Origin: Eledone cirrhosa
Lineage: Eukaryota
Direction of reading: 5' to 3'
Assembly: GCA_964016885.1 (NCBI GenBank)
Contig: OZ024746.1
Coordinates: 53,072,001 to 53,136,000, forward strand
DNA: 64,000 nt
The notes below the pieces were generated by a model. That model had not been told where the DNA came from, did not search any database, and saw only the letters and a list, made by a program, of their open reading frames with translations. Shown one piece after another: positions 24,001-36,000 of this stretch. Position 1 is the stretch's first letter. Each line of letters starts with the position of its first letter. The translations under genes were made by a program, and so were the position numbers.

Positions 24001-27000
24001 TTATTGTAGTTAGTGGTTGCTGTGATGGTAGCGTTGTTGTTGTTGTTGTAGTTAGAGGTTGCTGTGATGGTAGTGTTGTTGTTGTTGTTATAGTTAGTGG
24101 TTGTTGTGATGGTAGTGTTGTTGTTATTGTTATTGTAGTTAATTGGTTGTTGTGATGGTAGTGTTGTTGTTGTTGTTATAGTTAGTGGTTGATGTGATGG
24201 TAGTGTTGTTGTTGTTGTTATTGTAGTTAGTGGTTGCTATGATGGTAATGTTGTTGTTGTTGTTATTGTAGTTAGTGGTTGCTGTGATGGTAGTGTTGTT
24301 GTTGTTCTTGTTAGTGGTTGCTGTGTTGGTAGTGTTGTTGTTGTTGTTATTGTAGTTAGTGGTTGCTGTGATGGTAGTGTTGTTGTTGTTCTTGTTAGTG
24401 GTTGCTGTGTTGGTTGTGTTGTTGTTGTTGTTATTGTAGTTAGTGGTTGCTGTGATGGTAGTGTTGTTGTTGTTCTTGTTAGTGGTTGCTGTGTTGGTAG
24501 TGTTGTTGTTGTTGTTATTGTAGTTAGTGGTTGCTTTGATGGTAGTGTTGTTGTTGTTATTGTAATTAGTGGTTGCTGTGATGGTAGTGTTGTTGTTGTT
24601 GTTATTGTAGTTAGTGGTTGCTGTGATGGTAGTGTTGTTGTTGTTATTGTAATTAGTGGTTGCTGTGATGGTAGTTTTGTTGTTGTTGTTATTGTAGTTA
24701 GTGGTTGCTGTGATGGTAGTTTTGTTGTTGTTGTTATTGTAGTCAGTGGTTGCTGAGATGGTAGTGTTGTTGCTGTTGTTGTTGTTGTAGTTAGTGGTTG
24801 CTGTGATGGTAGTGTTGTTGTAGTTGTTGTAGTTACTGGTTGCTGTGATGGTAGTGTTGTTGTTGTTATTGTAGTTAGTGGTTGCTGTGATGGTAGTGTT
24901 GTTGTTGTTGTTATTGAAGTTAGTGGTTGCTGTGATGGTAGTGTTGTTGTTGTTATTGTAGTTAGAGATTGCTGAGATGGTAGTGTTGTTGTTGTTGTTA
25001 TTGTAGTTAGTGGTTGTTGTGATGGTATTGTTGTTGTTGTTATTGTAGTTAGTGGTTGCTGTTATGGTAGTGTTGTTGTTGTTGTTGTTGTTATTGTAGT
25101 TAGTGGTTGCTGTTATGGTAGTGTTGTTGTTGTTATTGTAGTTAGAGATTGCTGAGATGGTAGTGTTGTTGTTGTTGTTATTGTAGTTAGTTGTTGCTGT
25201 GATGGTAGTGTTGTTGTTATTGTAGTTAGTGGTTGCTGTGATGGTAGTGTTGTTGTTGTTAATGTAGTTAGTGGTTGCTGTGATGGTAGTGTTGTTGTTG
25301 TTATTGTAGTTAGTGGTTGCTGTGATGGTAGTGTTGATGTTGTTGTTGTAGTTAGAGGTTGCTGTGATGCTAGTGTTGTTGTTGTTGTAGTTAGAGGTTG
25401 CTGTGATGGTAGTGTTGTTGTTGTTGTTGTTGTTATTGTAGTTAGTGGTTGCTGTGATGGTAATGTTGTTGTTGTTATTATAGTTAGTTGTTGCTGTGAT
25501 GGTAGTGTTGTTGTTGTTGTTATTGTAGTTAGTGGTTGTTGTGATGGTAGTGTTGTTGTTGTTGTTATTGTAGTTAGTGGTTGCTGTGATGGTAGTGTTG
25601 TTGTTGTTATTGTAATTAGTGGTTGCTGGATGGTAGTTTTGTTGTTGTTATTGTAGTTAGAGATTGCTGAGATGGTAGTGTTGTTGTTGTTGTTATTGTA
25701 GTTAGTTGTTGCTGTGATGGTAGTGTTGTTGTTGTTGTAGTTAGAGGTTGCTGTAATGATAGTGTTGTTGTTGTTATTGTAGTTAGAGATTGCTGAGATG
25801 GTAGTGTTGTTGTTGTTGTTATTGTAGTTAGTGGTTGTTGTGATGGTAGTGTTGTTGTTGTTATTGTAGTTAGTGGTTGCTGTGATGGTAGTGTTGTTGT
25901 TGTTATTGTAGATAGAGATTGCTGAGATGGTAGTGTTGTTGTTGTTATTGTAGTTAGTGGTTGCTGTGATGGTAGTGTTGTTGTTGTTGTTATTGTAGTT
26001 AGTGGTTGCTGTGATGGTAGTGTTGTTGTTGTTATTGTAGTTAGAGATTGCTGAGATGGTAGTGTTGTTGTTGTTGTTATTGTAGTTAGTGGTTGTTGTG
26101 ATGGTAGTGTTGTTGTTGTTATTGTAGTTAGTGGTTGCTGTGATGGTAGTGTTGTTGTTGTTCTTGTTAGTGGTTGCTGTGTTGGTATTGTTGTTGTTGT
26201 TGTTATTGTAGTTAGTGGTTGCTGTGATGGTAGTGTTGTTGTTGTTCTTGTTAGTGGTTGCTGTGTTGGTAGTGTTGTTGTTGTTGTTATTGTAGTTAGT
26301 GGTTGCTGTGATGGTAGTGTTGTTGTTGTTATTGTAGTTAGTGGTTGCTGTGATGGTAGTGTTGTTGTTGTTGTTGTGGTAGTTAGTGGTTGCTGTGATG
26401 GTAGTGTTGTTGTTGTTGTTATTGTAGTCAGTGGTTGCTGAGATGGTAGTGTTGTTGTTGTTGTAGTTAGTGGTTGATGTGATGGTAGTGTTGTTGTAGT
26501 TGTTGTAGTTACTGGTTGCTGTGATAGTAGTGTTGTTGTTGTTGTTGTAGTTAGTTGTTGCTGTGATGGTAGTGTTGTTGTTTTTGTTATTGTAGTTAGT
26601 GGTTGCTGTGATGGTAGTTTTGTTGTTGTTGTTATTGTAGTTAGTGGTTGCTGTGATGGTAGTTTTGTTGTTGTTGTTATTGTAGTCAGTGGTTGCTGAG
26701 ATGGTAGTGTTGTTGCTGTTGTTGTTGTAGTTAGTGGTTGCTGTGATGGTAGTTTTGTTGTTGTTGTTATTGTAGTCAGTGGTTGCTGAGACGGTAGTGT
26801 TGTTGTTGTTGTTGTTGTAGTTAGTGGTTGATGTCATGGTAGTGTTGTTGTTGTAGTTAGAGATTGCTGAGATGGTAGTGTTGTTGTTGTTGTTATTGTA
26901 GTTAGTGGTTGTTGTGATGGTAGTGTTGTTGTTGTTGTTGTAGTTAGTGGTTGCTGTGATGGTAGTGTTGTTGTTGTTCTTCTTGTTAGTGGTTGCTGTG

Positions 27001-30000
27001 ATGGTAGTGTTGTTGTTGTTGTTATTGTAGTTAGTGGTTCCTGTGATGGTATTGTTGTTGTTGTTGTTATTGTAGTTCGTGGTTGCTGTGGTGGTAGTGT
27101 TGTTGTTGTTATTGTAGTTAGTGGTTGCTGTGAGGGTAGTGTTGTTGCTGTTGTTGTTGTTGTAGTTAGTGGTTGCTGTGATGGTAGTGTTGTTGTTTTT
27201 ATTGTAGTTAGAGGTTGTTGTGATGGTAGTGTTGTTGTTGTTATTGTAGTTAGTGGTTGCTGTGATGGTAGTGTTGTTGTTGTTGTTGTAGTTAGTGGTT
27301 GATGTGATGGTAGTTTTGTTGTTGTTATTGTAGTTTGTGGTTGCTGAGATGGTAGTGTTGTTGTTGTTATTGTAGTTAGAGGTTGTTGTGATGGTAGTGC
27401 TGTTGTTGTTATTGTAGTTAGTGGTTGCTGTGATGGTAGTGTTGTTGTTGTTGTTGTAGTTAGTGGTTGATGTGATGGTAGTGTTGTTGTTGTTGTTATT
27501 GTAGTTAGTGGTTGCTGTGATGGTAGTGTTGTTGTTGTTATTGTAGTTAGAGATTGCTGAGATGGTAGTGTTGTTGTTATTGTAGTTAGTGGTTGCTCTG
27601 ATGGTAGTGTTGTTGTTGTTGTTATTGTAGTTAGTGGTTGTTGTGATGGTAGTGTTGTTGTTGTTATTGTAGTTAGTGGTTGCTGTGATGGTAGTGTTGT
27701 TGTTGTTATTGTAGTTAGTGGATGCTGTGATGGTAGCGTTGTTGTTGTTGTTGTAGTTAGAGGTTGCTGTGATGGTAGTGTTGTTGTTTTTGTTATAGTT
27801 AGTTGTTGTTGTGATGGTAGTGTTGTTGTTATTGTTATTGTAGTTAATTGGTTGTTGTGATGGTAGTGTTGTTGTTGTTGTTATAGTTAGAGGATGATGT
27901 GATGGTAGTGTTGTTGTTGTTGTTATTGTAGTTAGTGGTTGCTATGGTGGTAGTGTTGTTGTTGTTGTTATTGTAGTTAGTGGTTGCTGTGATGGTAGTG
28001 TTGTTGTTGTTCTTGTTAGTGGTTGCTGTGTTGGTAGTGTTGTTGTTGTTGTTGTTATTGTAGTTAGTGGTTGCTGTGATGGTAGTGTTGTTGTTGTTCT
28101 TGTTAGTGGTTGCTGTGTTGGTTGTGTTGTTGTTGTTGTTGTTGTTGTAGTTAGAGGTTGCTGTGATGGTAGTGTTGTTGTTGTTGTTATAGTTAGTGGT
28201 TGTTGTGATGGTAGTGTTGTTGTTATTGTTATTGTAGTTAATTGGTTGTTGTGATGGTAGTGTTGTTGTTGTTGTTCTTGTTAGTGGTTGCTGTGTTGGT
28301 AGTGTTGTTGTTGTTGTTATTGTAGTTAGTGTTTGCTTTGATGGTAGTGTTGTTGTTGTTATTGTAATTAGTGGTTGCTGTGATGGTAGTGTTGTTGTTG
28401 TTGTTATTGTAGTTAGTGGTTGCTGTGATGGTAGTGTTGTTGTTGTTATTGTAATTAGTGATTGCTGTGATGGTAGTTTTGTTGTTGTTGTTATTTTAGT
28501 TAGTGGTTGCTGTGATGGTAGTTTTGTTGTTGTTGTTATTGTAGTCAGTGGTTACTGAGATGGTAGTGTTGTTGCTGTTGTTGTTGTAGTTAGTGGTTGC
28601 TGTGATGGTTGTGTTGTTGTATTTGTTGTAGTTACTGGTTGCTGTGATGGTAGTGTTGTTGTTGTTGTTGTAGTTAGTGGTTGCTGTGATGGTAGTGTTG
28701 TTGTTGTTATTGTAGTTAGTGGTTGCTGTGATGGTAGTGTTGTTGTTGTTGTTATTGTAGTTAGTGGTTGCTGTGATGGTAGTGTTGTTGTTGTTATTGT
28801 AGTTAGAGATTGCTGAGATGGTAGTGTTGTTGTTGTTGTTATTGTAGTTAGTGTTTGTTGTGATGGTAGTGTTGTTGTTGTTATTGTAGTTAGTGGTTGC
28901 TGTGATGGTAGTGTTGTTGTTGTTATTGTATGTAGTGGTTGCTGTGATGGTAGTGTTGTTGTTATTGTAGTTAGTGGTAGTTGTGATGGTAGTGTTGTTG
29001 TTGTTAATGTAGTTAGTGGTTGCTGTGATGGTAGTGTTGTTGTTGTTATTGTAATTAGTGATTGCTGTGATGGTAGTTTTGTTGTTGTTGTTATTTTAGT
29101 TAGTGGTTGCTGTGATGGTAGTTTTGTTGTTGTTGTTATTGTAGTCAGTGGTTACTGAGATGGTAGTGTTGTTGCTGTTGTTGTTGTAGTTAGTGGTTGC
29201 TGTGATGGTTGTGTTGTTGTATTTGTTGTAGTTACTGGTTGCTGTGATGGTAGTGTTGTTGTTGTTGTTGTAGTTAGTGGTTGCTGTGATGGTAGTGTTG
29301 TTGTTGTTATTGTAGTTAGTGGTTGCTGTGATGGTAGTGTTGTTGTTGTTGTTGTTATTGTAGTTAGTGGTTGCTGTGATGGTAGTGTTGTTGTTGTTAT
29401 TGTAGTTAGAGATTGCTGAGATGGTAGTGTTGTTGTTGTTGTTATTGTAGTTAGTGGTTGTTGTGATGGTAGTGTTGTTGTTGTTATTGTAGTTAGTGGT
29501 TGCTGTGATGGTAGTGTTGTTGTTGTTATTGTATGTAGTGGTTGCTGTGATGGTAGTGTTGTTGTTATTGTAGTTAGTGGTAGTTGTGATGGTAGTGTTG
29601 TTGTTGTTAATGTAGTTAGTGGTTGCTGTGATGGTAGTGTTGTTGTTGTTATTGTAGTTAGTGGTTGCTGTGATGGTAGTGTTGTTGTTGTTGTTGTAGT
29701 TAGAGGTTGCTGGATGGTAGTTTTGTTGTTGTTGTTGTAGTTAGTGGTTGCTGTGATGGTAGTTTTGTTTTTGTTGTTGTTATTGTAGTTAGTGGTTGCT
29801 GTGATGGTAGTGTTGTTGTTGTTGTAGTTAGAGGTTGCTGTGATGGTAGTGTTGTTGTTGTTGTTATTGTAGTTAGTTGTTGCTGTGATGGTAGTGTTGT
29901 TGTTATTGTAGTTAGTGGTTGCTGTGATGGTAGTGTTGTTGTTGTTAATGTAGTTAGTGGTTGCTGTGATGGTAATGATGTTGTTGTTATTGTAGTTAGT

Positions 30001-33000
30001 GGTTGCTGTGATGGTAGTGTTGTTGTTGTTGTTGTAGTTAGAGGTTGCTGTGATGCTAGTGTTGTTGTTGTTGTTGTAGTTAGAGGTTGCTGTGATGGTA
30101 GTGTTCTGGTTGTTGTTGTTGTTATTGTAGTTAGTGGTTGCTGTGATGGTAGTGTTGTTGTTGTTATTGCAGTTAGTGGTTGCTGTGATGGTAGTGTTGT
30201 TGTTGTTGTTATTGTAGTTAGTGGTTGCTGTGATGGTAGTGTTGTTGTTGTTGTTATTGTAGTTAGTGGTTGCTGTGATGGTAGTGTTGTTGTTGTTATT
30301 GTAATTAGTGGTTGCTGGATGGTAGTTTTGTTGTTGTTGTTGTAGTTAGTGGTTGCTGTGATGGTAGTTTTGTTGTTGTTGTTGTTATTGTAGTTAGTGG
30401 TTGCTGTGATGGTAGTGTTGTTGTTGTTGTAGTTAGAGGTTGCTGTGATGGTAGTGTTGTTGTTGTTATTGTATTTAGAGATTGCTGAGATGGTAGTGTT
30501 GTTGTTGTTGTTATTGTAATTAGTTGTTGCTGTGATGGTAGTGTTGTTGTTGTTGTAGTTAGAGGTTGCTGTGATGGTAGTGTTGTTGTAGTTGTTATAG
30601 TTAGTGGTTGTTGTGATGGTAGTGTTGTTGTTATTGTTATTGTAGTTAATTGGTTGTTGTGATGGTAGTGTTGTTGTTGTTGTTATAGTTAGTGGTTGAT
30701 GTGATGGTAGTGTTGTTGTTGTTGTTATTGTAGTTAGTGGTTGCTGTGATGGTAGTTTTGTTGTTGTTGTTATTGTAGTCAGTGGTTGCTGAGATGGTAA
30801 TGTTGTTGCTGTTGTTGTTGTTGTAGTTAATGGTTGCTGTGATGGTAGTGTTGTTGTAGTTGTTGTAGTTACTGGTTGCTGTGATGGTAGTGTTGTTGTT
30901 GTTGTTGTAGTTAGTGGTTGCTGTGATGGTAGTGTTGTTGTTGTTATTGTAGTTAGTGGTTGCTGTGATGATAGTGTTGTTGTTGTTGTTATTGTAGTTA
31001 GTGGTTGCTGTGATGGTAGTGTTGTTGTTGTTATTGTAATTAGTGGTTGCTGTGATGGTAGTTTTGTTGTTGTCGTTAGTGTAGTTAGTGGTTATTGTGA
31101 TGGTAGTGTTGTTGTTGTTATTGTAGTTAATGGTTGTTGTGTTGGTAGTGTTGTTGTTGTTATTGTAGTTAGTGTTTGCTGTGATGATAGTTTTGTTGTT
31201 GTTGTTATTTTAGTCAGTGGTTACAGAGATGGTAGTGTTGTTGCTGTTGTTGTTGTTAGTCGTTGCTGTGATGGTAGTGTTGTTGTTGTTATTGTAGTTA
31301 GAGGTTGCTGTGATGGTAGTGTTGTTGTTGTTATTGTAGTTAGTGGTTGCTGTGATAGTTGTGTTGTTGTTGTTGTAGTTAGTGGTTGCTGAGATGGTAG
31401 TGTTGTTGTTGTTGTTGTAGTTAGTGGTTGCTGTGATGGTAGTGTTGTTGTTGTTATTGTAGTTAGTGGTTGCTGTGATGGTAGTGTTGTTGTTGTTATT
31501 GTAGTTAGTGGTTGCTGAGATGGTAGTGTTGTTGTTGTTATTGTAGTTAGAGGTTGTTGTGATGGTAGTGTTGTTGTTGTTATTGTAGTTAGTGGTTGCT
31601 GTGATGGTAGTGTTGTTGTTGTTGTTGTAGTTAGTGGTTGCTGTGATGGTAGTGTTGTTGTTATTGTAGTTAGTGGTTGCTGAGATGGTAGTGTTGTTGT
31701 TGTTATTGTAGTTAGTGGTTGCTGTGATGGTAGTGTTGTTGTTGTTGTTGTAGTTAGTGGTTGATGTGATGGTAGTGTTGTTGTTGTTATTGTAGTTAGT
31801 GGTTGCTGTGATGGTAGTGTTGTTGTTGTTGTTATTGTAGTTAGTGGTTGCTGTGATGGTAGTGTTGTTGTTGTTATTGTAGTTAGAGATTGCTGAGATG
31901 GTAGTGTTGTTGTTATTGTAGTTAGAGGTTGCTCTGATGGTAGTGTTGTTGTTGTTGTTATTGTAGTTAGTGGTTGTTGTGATGGTAGTGTTGTTGTTGT
32001 TGTTGTAGTTAGTGGTTGCTGTGATGGTAGTGTTGTTGTTGTTCTTCTTGTTAGTGGTTGCTGTGATGGTAGTGTTGTTGTTGTTGTTATTGTAGTTAGT
32101 GGTTCCTGTGATGGTATTGTTGTTGTTGTTGTTATTGTAGTTCGTGGTTGCTGTGGTGGTAGTGTTGTTGTTGTTATTGTAGTTAGTGGTTGCTGTGAGG
32201 GTAGTGTTGTTGCTGTTGTTGTTGTTGTAGTTAGTGGTTGCTGTGATGGTAGTGTTGTTGTTGTTATTGTAGTTAGAGGTTGTTGTGATGGTAGTGTTGT
32301 TGTTGTTATTGTAGTTAGTGGTTGCTGTGATGGTAGTGTTGTTGTTGTTGTTGTAGTTAGTGGTTGATGTGATGGTAGTTTTGTTGTTGTTATTGTAGTT
32401 TGTGGTTGCTGAGATGGTAGTGTTGTTGTTGTTATTGTAGTTAGAGGTTGTTGTGATGGTAGTGCTGTTGTTGTTATTGTAGTTAGTGGTTGCTGTGATG
32501 GTAGTTTTGTTGTTGTTGTTGTAGTTAGTGGTTGATGTGATGGTAGTGTTGTTGTTGTTGTTATTGTAGTTAGTGGTTGCTGTGATGGTAGTGTTGTTGT
32601 TGTTATTGTAGTTAGAGATTGCTGAGATGGTAGTGTTGTTGTTATTGTAGTTAGTGGTTGCTCTGATGGTAGTGTTGTTGTTGTTGTTATTGTAGTTAGT
32701 GGTTGTTGTGATGGTAGTGTTGTTGTTGTTATTGTAGTTAGTGGTTGCTGTGATGGTAGTGTTGTTGTTGTTATTGTAGTTAGTGGATGCTGTGATGGTA
32801 GCGTTGTTGTTGTTGTTGTAGTTAGAAGTTGCTGTGATGGTAGTGTTGTTGTTGTTGTTATAGTTAGTTGTTGTTGTGATGGTAGTGTTGTTGTTATTGT
32901 TATTGTAGTTAATTGGTTGTTGTGATGGTAGTGTTGTTGTTGTTGTTATAGTTAGAGGTTGATGTGATGGTAGTGTTGTTGTTGTTGTTATTGTAGTTAG

Positions 33001-36000
33001 TGGTTGCTATGGTGGTAGTGTTGTTGTTGTTGTTATTGTAGTTAGTGGTTGCTGTGATGGTAGTGTTGTTGTTGTTCTTGTTAGTGGTTGCTGTGTTGGT
33101 AGTGTTGTTGTTGTTGTTGTTATTGTAGTTAGTGGTTGCTGTGATGGTAGTGTTGTTGTTGTTCTTGTTAGTGGTTGCTGTGTTGGTTGTGTTGTTGTTG
33201 TTGTTGTTATTGTAGTTAGAGGTTGTTGTGATGGTAGTGTTGTTGTTGTTATTGTAGTTAGTGGTTGCTGTGATGGTAGTGTTGTTGTTGTTGTTGTAGT
33301 TAGTGGTTGCTGTGATGGTAGTGTTGTTGTTATTGTAGTTAGTGGTTGCTGAGATGGTAGTGTTGTTGTTGTTATTGTAGTTAGTGGTTGCTGTGATGGT
33401 AGTGTTGTTGTTGTTGTTGTAGTTAGTGGTTGATGTGATGGTAGTGTTGTTGTTGTTATTGTAGTTAGTGGTTGCTGTGATGGTAGTGTTGTTGTTGTTG
33501 TTATTGTAGTTAGTGGTTGCTGTGATGGTAGTGTTGTTGTTGTTATTGTAGTTAGAGATTGCTGAGATGGTAGTGTTGTTGTTATTGTAGTTAGAGGTTG
33601 CTCTGATGGTAGTGTTGTTGTTGTTGTTATTGTAGTTAGTGGTTGCTGTGATGGTAGTGTTGTTGTTGTTGTTACTGTAGTTAGTGGTTGCTGTGATGGT
33701 AGTTTTGTTTTTGTTGTTATTGTAGTCAGTGGTTGCTGAGATGGTAGTGTTGTTGCTGTTGTTGTTGTTGTAGTTAGTGGTTGCTGTGATGGTAGTGTTG
33801 TTGTTGTTGTTGTTGTAGTTAGTGGTTGCTGTGATGGTAGTGTTGTTGTTGTTATTGTAGTTAGAGATTGCTGAGATGGTAGAGTTGTTGTTGTTGTTGT
33901 AGTTAGTGGTTGATGTCATGGTAGTGTTGTTGTTGTAGTTAGAGATTGCTGAGATGGTAGTGTTGTTGTTGTTATTGTAGTTAGTGGTTGTTGTGATGGT
34001 AGTGTTGTTGTTATTGTTGTAGTTAGTGGTTGCTGTGATGGTAGTGTTGTTGTTGTTCTTCTTGTTAGTGGTTGCTGTGATGGTAGTGTTGTTGTTGTTG
34101 TTATTGTAGTTAGTGGTTCCTGTGATGGTAGTGTTGTTGTTGTTGTTATTGTAGTTAGTGGTTGCTGTGGTGGTAGTGTTGTTGTTGTTATTGTAGTTAG
34201 TGGTTGCTGTGAGGGTAGTGTTGTTGCTGTTGTTGTTGTTGTAGTTAGTGGTTGCTGTGATGGTAGTGTTTTTGTTGTTGTTATTGTAGATAGTGGTTGC
34301 TGTGATGGTAGTGTTGTTGTTTTTATTGTAGTTAGAGGTTGCTGAGATGGTAGTGTTGTTGTTGTTATTGTAGATAGTGGTTGCTGTGATGGTAGTGTTG
34401 TTGTTGTTATTGTAGTTAGTGGTTGCTGTGAGGGTAGTGTTGTTGCTGTTGTTGTTGTTGTAGTTAGTGGTTGCTGTGATGGTAGTGTTTTTGTTGTTGT
34501 TATTGTAGTTAGTGTTTGCTGTGATGGTAGTGTTGTTGTTCTTGTTATTGTAGTTAGTTGTTGCTGTGATGGTAGTGTTGTTGTTATTGTAGTTAGTGGT
34601 TGCTGTGATGGTAGTGTTGTTGTTGTTAATGTAGTTAGTGGTTGCTGTGATGGTAGTGTTGTTGTTGTTATTGTAGTTAGTGGTTGCTGTGATGGTAGTG
34701 TTGTTGTTGTTGTTGTAGTTAGAGGTTGCTGTGATGCTAGTGTTGTTGTTGTTGTTGTAGTTAGAGGTTGCTGTGATGGTAGTGTTGTTGTTGTTGTTGT
34801 TGTTGTTATTGTAGTTAGTGGTTGCTGTGATGGTAGTGTTGTTGTTGTTATTGTAGTTAGTGGTTGCTGGATCGTAGTTTTGTTGTTGTTGTTGTTATTG
34901 TAGTTAGTGGTTGCTGTGATGGTAGTGTTGTTGTTGTTGTAGTTAGAGGTTGCTGTGATGGTAGTGTTGTTGTTGTTATTGTATTTAGAGATTGCTGAGA
35001 TGGTAGTGTTGTTGTTGTTGTTATTGTAGTTAGTTGTTGCTGTGATGGTAGTGTTATTGTTTTTGTAGTTAGAGGTTGCTGTGATGATAGTGTTGTTGTA
35101 GTTGTTATAGTTAGTGGTTGTTGTGATGGTAGTGTTGTTGTTATTGTTATTGTAGTTAATTGGTTGTTGTGATGGTAGTGTTGTTGTTGTTGTTATAGTT
35201 AGTGGTTGATGTGATGGTAGTGTTGTTGTTGTTGTTATTGTAGTTAGTGGTTGCTATGATGGTAGTGTTGTTGTTGTTGTTATTGTAGTTAGTGGTTGCT
35301 GTGATGGTAGTGTTGTTGTTGTTCTTGTTAGTGGTTGCTGTGTTGGTAGTGTTGTTGTTGTTGTTATTGTAGTTAGTGGTTGCTGTGATGGTAGTGTTGT
35401 TGTTGCTATTGTAGTTAGAGATTGCTGAGATGGTAGTGTTGTGTTGTTGTTATTGTAGTTAGTGGTTGTTGTGATGGTAGTGTTGTTGTTGTTATTGTAG
35501 TTAGTGGTTGCTGTGATGGTAGTGTTGTCGTTGTTATTGTAGTTAGTGGTTGCTGTGATGGTAGCGTTGTTGTTGTTGTAGTTAGAGGTTGCTGTGATGG
35601 TAGTGTTGTTGTTGTTGTTATAGTTAGTGGTTGATGTGATGGTAGTGTTGTTGTTGTTGTTATTGTAGTTAGTGGTTGCTATGATGGTAATGTTGTTGTT
35701 GTTGTTATTGTAGTTAGTGGTTGCTGTGATGGTAGTGTTGTTGTTGTTCTTGTTAGTGGTTGCTGTGTTGGTAGTGTTGTTGTTGTTGTTATTGTAGTTA
35801 GTGGTTGCTGTGATGGTAGTGTTGTTGTTGTTCTTGTTAGTGGTTGCTGTGTTGGTTGTGTTGTTGTTGTTGTTATTGTAGTTAGTGGTTGCTGTGATGG
35901 TAGTGTTGTTGTTGTTCTTGTTAGTGGTTGCTGTGTTGGTAGTGTTGTTGTTGTTGTTATTGTAGTTAGTGGTTGCTTTGATGGTAGTGTTGTTGTTGTT